IMG/VR virus record: IMGVR_UViG_3300037067_026584
Location: 62,001-89,732 of that record
Length of the DNA: 27,732 nucleotides
Reading direction: 5' to 3' (one strand)
DNA from: an uncultured virus (IMG/VR IMGVR_UViG_3300037067_026584)
Taxonomy: Duplodnaviria > Heunggongvirae > Uroviricota > Caudoviricetes
Position numbers and translations under genes: made by a program. Positions 25,433-27,732 of the stretch are shown here, piece by piece (within the stretch, counting starts at the first letter, position 1; every line of letters starts with the position of its first letter). Below the pieces are notes generated by a model that worked only from the letters and a program-made list of their open reading frames with translations, was not told the origin of the DNA and did no database searches.

Positions 25433-25987
25433 TTAAACCGTCACCTGTATTACCACATCAATTGCTATCCCATCGAGCGCCGGAACAACCTGACCTTCAA
25501 ATGCATCCCGTAAAAATTCAACATCGTACCCCCCCGTATTGCTCACTAAATCGAGCTCCCTCAGCGTAATATCAGTAGATCCCCCGTTTATAAATATCCT
25601 TTTTATGTGAAGAGATATGATATTTCCAACAACATCGGGATCCGGTATTGAAACACCACCATATGCTAGCAGTCCATCCCCCATCCCATGTGGAATAATT
25701 CCCCCAAGGTTGTAATCAGACGGAGCCGATGCCGTTCCATCAGTTCCCACTCGTATCCCATACGTAGAAATTCCCGCTGCTGCAAGTGCATTTAATACCC
25801 CTGCGTACGAAATTGCCCTCGACACGTTCCCCGTATCAATCACATTTTCGACAACTGCACCCTTAAACGATTCCCCCAAGTACCGCATAAAATTATAATT
25901 GAACGAATCACAGGATCTCCGAAATACAGACTGCATTCTGCCGAGGCGATCAAAATGTGAAATTTCAAAGTGCATTTTCACTACCAT
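25433..25987 (-). CDS. tail/baseplate-like structural paralog 4
   Basis: SF..NF, GIRVGTD.TA....DYNL, R.F.N....I..RE..L, RD motifs shared with the three upstream ORFs. Confidence 0.7.
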   Translation of the reverse strand: MVVKMHFEISHFDRLGRMQSVFRRSCDSFNYNFMRYLGESFKGAVVENVIDTGNVSRAISYAGVLNALAAAGISTYGIRVGTDGTASAPSDYNLGGIIPHGMGDGLLAYGGVSIPDPDVVGNIISLHIKRIFINGGSTDITLRELDLVSNTGGYDVEFLRDAFEGQVVPALDGIAIDVVIQVTV

Positions 25988-25988
25988 T

Positions 25989-26549
25989 TCAAATCGCCGT
26001 CCTGAACAAATATGTCACCTGCATCGTCTGATTCGGAAGCACCTGTACAGTAGTAGCTAAAATATCCCTCAAAATCAAAATGGAAAAACTACTCGATAAG
26101 ACGCAAATTCCAACCTCCTTCACATCGATCTCTCCAGAAGTGTGATTATTAAATGTTCTTTCACACATCTTACTTTCGATGTAACCGTCATTTATCGCAG
26201 GGGCTGTAGGTTGCGCCGTCAATAAAGGGACGTACTCCAACTCTGTTATCTGACTGCCCAATTTATAATCGGTAGGAGAAACAGGAGTGTTATCAGATCC
26301 TACCACAATATTTACATCTTTCAAATCGTAACTTGCAGCCGCCCCGGAAAATCCAAGACAAGAACGTGTGGTATTTCCAGTGTCCTGAATCGAAACAGCA
26401 GTTCCTTTCATCCCTGCCTGGAGTAGCAACAGGAAATTCTTCAAAAACGAATCACTTTCTTTTTCGAAAGTGTTCACTACAACTCCGTCAGAATCACGTA
26501 TCTCAACCCTTAATATCGCCGTTACATGATCCTTATCGTGATTTGCCAT
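25989..26549 (-). CDS. tail/baseplate-like structural paralog 3
   Basis: SFLKNF, IVVGSDNTPVSPTDYKL, RTFNNHTSGEIDVKEVGI, LRDI. Confidence 0.7.
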   Translation of the reverse strand: MANHDKDHVTAILRVEIRDSDGVVVNTFEKESDSFLKNFLLLLQAGMKGTAVSIQDTGNTTRSCLGFSGAAASYDLKDVNIVVGSDNTPVSPTDYKLGSQITELEYVPLLTAQPTAPAINDGYIESKMCERTFNNHTSGEIDVKEVGICVLSSSFSILILRDILATTVQVLPNQTMQVTYLFRTAI

Positions 26550-27157
26550 TACTCCACCACAGTCTTAAATAGATACTGAACATTCAACACTTGACCATTT
26601 GCCACTACTGTATCATCAACAACATCACGAGCATACAGCACCGACGCATAGTGGCTATACCAACCATCATAAACAGGATAGCCAATTAACCCAATTTCAC
26701 GTACGATAATAGAAGATCCAGAATTATTTGCCATATCCCTAGATAATATTAGAAAAATATCCGGATCAATAAACGACGGCTCATCCGGATTATTCATCGC
26801 GGCGTATGAAAATTGCCCCGTTCCCGTTCCATGCGATATTAAAGATTGTATATTATACTGAGATATATCGAATTCTAAATTTGATCCTCCAACCACAATG
26901 CCTGCGGTCGTAATTCCCGCAGACCCAACACAACTGATCCCAGCACAGCCGCGCGTTGTCACACAGGCTGGCCGCGCCACGTCAGAAGTGTCTCTATATG
27001 CAGCATTTGCCGTTGCCAACGATCCATAATACAGCATCTGCATAAAATTTCTTACAAATGAATGGGATTTTCTTTCCAAATCGCTAATCACCGCACCCGT
27101 CTTTTCATCTCTCAACTGTATTCTTAAATTACATACAATCCCTTTCATTTTATTCAC
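26549..27157 (-). CDS. tail/baseplate-like structural paralog 2
   Basis: SFVRNF, GIVVG, ISHGTGTGQFSY, NNSGSSIIVREIGL, ARDV. Confidence 0.7.
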   Translation of the reverse strand: MNKMKGIVCNLRIQLRDEKTGAVISDLERKSHSFVRNFMQMLYYGSLATANAAYRDTSDVARPACVTTRGCAGISCVGSAGITTAGIVVGGSNLEFDISQYNIQSLISHGTGTGQFSYAAMNNPDEPSFIDPDIFLILSRDMANNSGSSIIVREIGLIGYPVYDGWYSHYASVLYARDVVDDTVVANGQVLNVQYLFKTVVE

Positions 27158-27732
27158 CCATTCATAATTATTTTGTATACAATTAATGCCGATTCCGCAG
27201 GTTGTATCGTTACCGAAGGAGATATTACATCCCGCAAAAACATAACCGTAATCAACCCGAGCCCATATAATGCAATTTCAGAAAATGTAATTGCATCCAA
27301 CGTATTATTCGAAATGATACGAGAAATCGGAAGCGTCATTACATTTCCAACTTCTGTAAATGCAGCAACCGTGGTTCCGTCATATAAAAACTGTCCAGGA
27401 TCGGTACCGTGATTTATAATAGATCCGATTTTATAATCATCCTCTGTCACCGCAGTTGCATCGGTTCCAACAATGATCCCCTTTGTTAAAACTCCTGCGA
27501 GACCATCGAGTCTAAAAGAACCATAATTATTATAACCGGTGTCTATCCACAGCCCTCCCGAAGAAACCACATTTCCAGACAGATCTCTAAAACTCGTATA
27601 ATTGCGACTATGATGACCATTGTTTAAACACCAATGCCTCACCATCCTCAAAAAATTCATGACAAAACATTTGGCATCCGCTTTGACCACCTGCTTGACC
27701 TTGCCGTCCTTGTCAAACACCGTAATCTCGTA
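27154..27732 (-). CDS. tail/baseplate-like structural paralog 1, 5'-truncated by window edge
   Basis: Frame open to the window end (YEITVFDKDGKV...). CFVMNF, GIIVGTDATAVTEDDYKI, INHGTDPGQFLY, SEIAL, LRDV. Confidence 0.7.
   Translation of the reverse strand, partial: YEITVFDKDGKVKQVVKADAKCFVMNFLRMVRHWCLNNGHHSRNYTSFRDLSGNVVSSGGLWIDTGYNNYGSFRLDGLAGVLTKGIIVGTDATAVTEDDYKIGSIINHGTDPGQFLYDGTTVAAFTEVGNVMTLPISRIISNNTLDAITFSEIALYGLGLITVMFLRDVISPSVTIQPAESALIVYKIIMNG

Noticed and set aside
438..27412. All plus-strand ORFs in the track (e.g. 924..1760, 19911..21002, 6311..6922)
   Set aside because: They are almost all antisense shadows of tightly packed minus-strand genes, with no recognisable motifs or convincing SD.
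1..27732. Borg-type extrachromosomal element
   Set aside because: GC is moderate over most of the window and there are no perfect multi-copy tandem repeat arrays. Gene content fits a virus better.

Overview
27.7-kb fragment of what looks like a large archaeal virus or proviral element, with essentially every gene on the minus strand. The host is probably a Methanomicrobia-type euryarchaeon, inferred from GGAGGTGA-type ribosome-binding sites, BRE-TATA promoters and a methanogen-style NosD-like surface protein. In transcription order (right to left) there are four blocks. (i) 19.1-27.7 kb: a virion/adhesin block with four tandem AT-rich paralogs of a tail/baseplate-like domain, a large carboxypeptidase-regulatory-like (CarboxypepD_reg) repeat protein, a beta-helix adhesin and a fibre-like protein with a 71-aa repeat. 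(ii) 11.5-19.1 kb: membrane proteins, an HExxH zincin, a tyrosine recombinase with a candidate core site upstream, a wHTH protein and a ParB-N-like protein. (iii) 10.6-11.4 kb: a non-coding junction with a CCGG-rich inverted-repeat element, a good BRE-TATA promoter and a ~550-nt structured RNA ending in a pseudoknot plus an anticodon-less tRNA-like fold. (iv) 1-10.6 kb: a dense early/host-takeover operon of small genes, including two Ocr-like acidic paralogs with a conserved unknown C-terminal domain, an LPD28-like protein, three unannotated Cys-rich microproteins and a tRNA gene with a 98-nt insertion in its anticodon loop. All family assignments are by-eye motif recognition, not database results.
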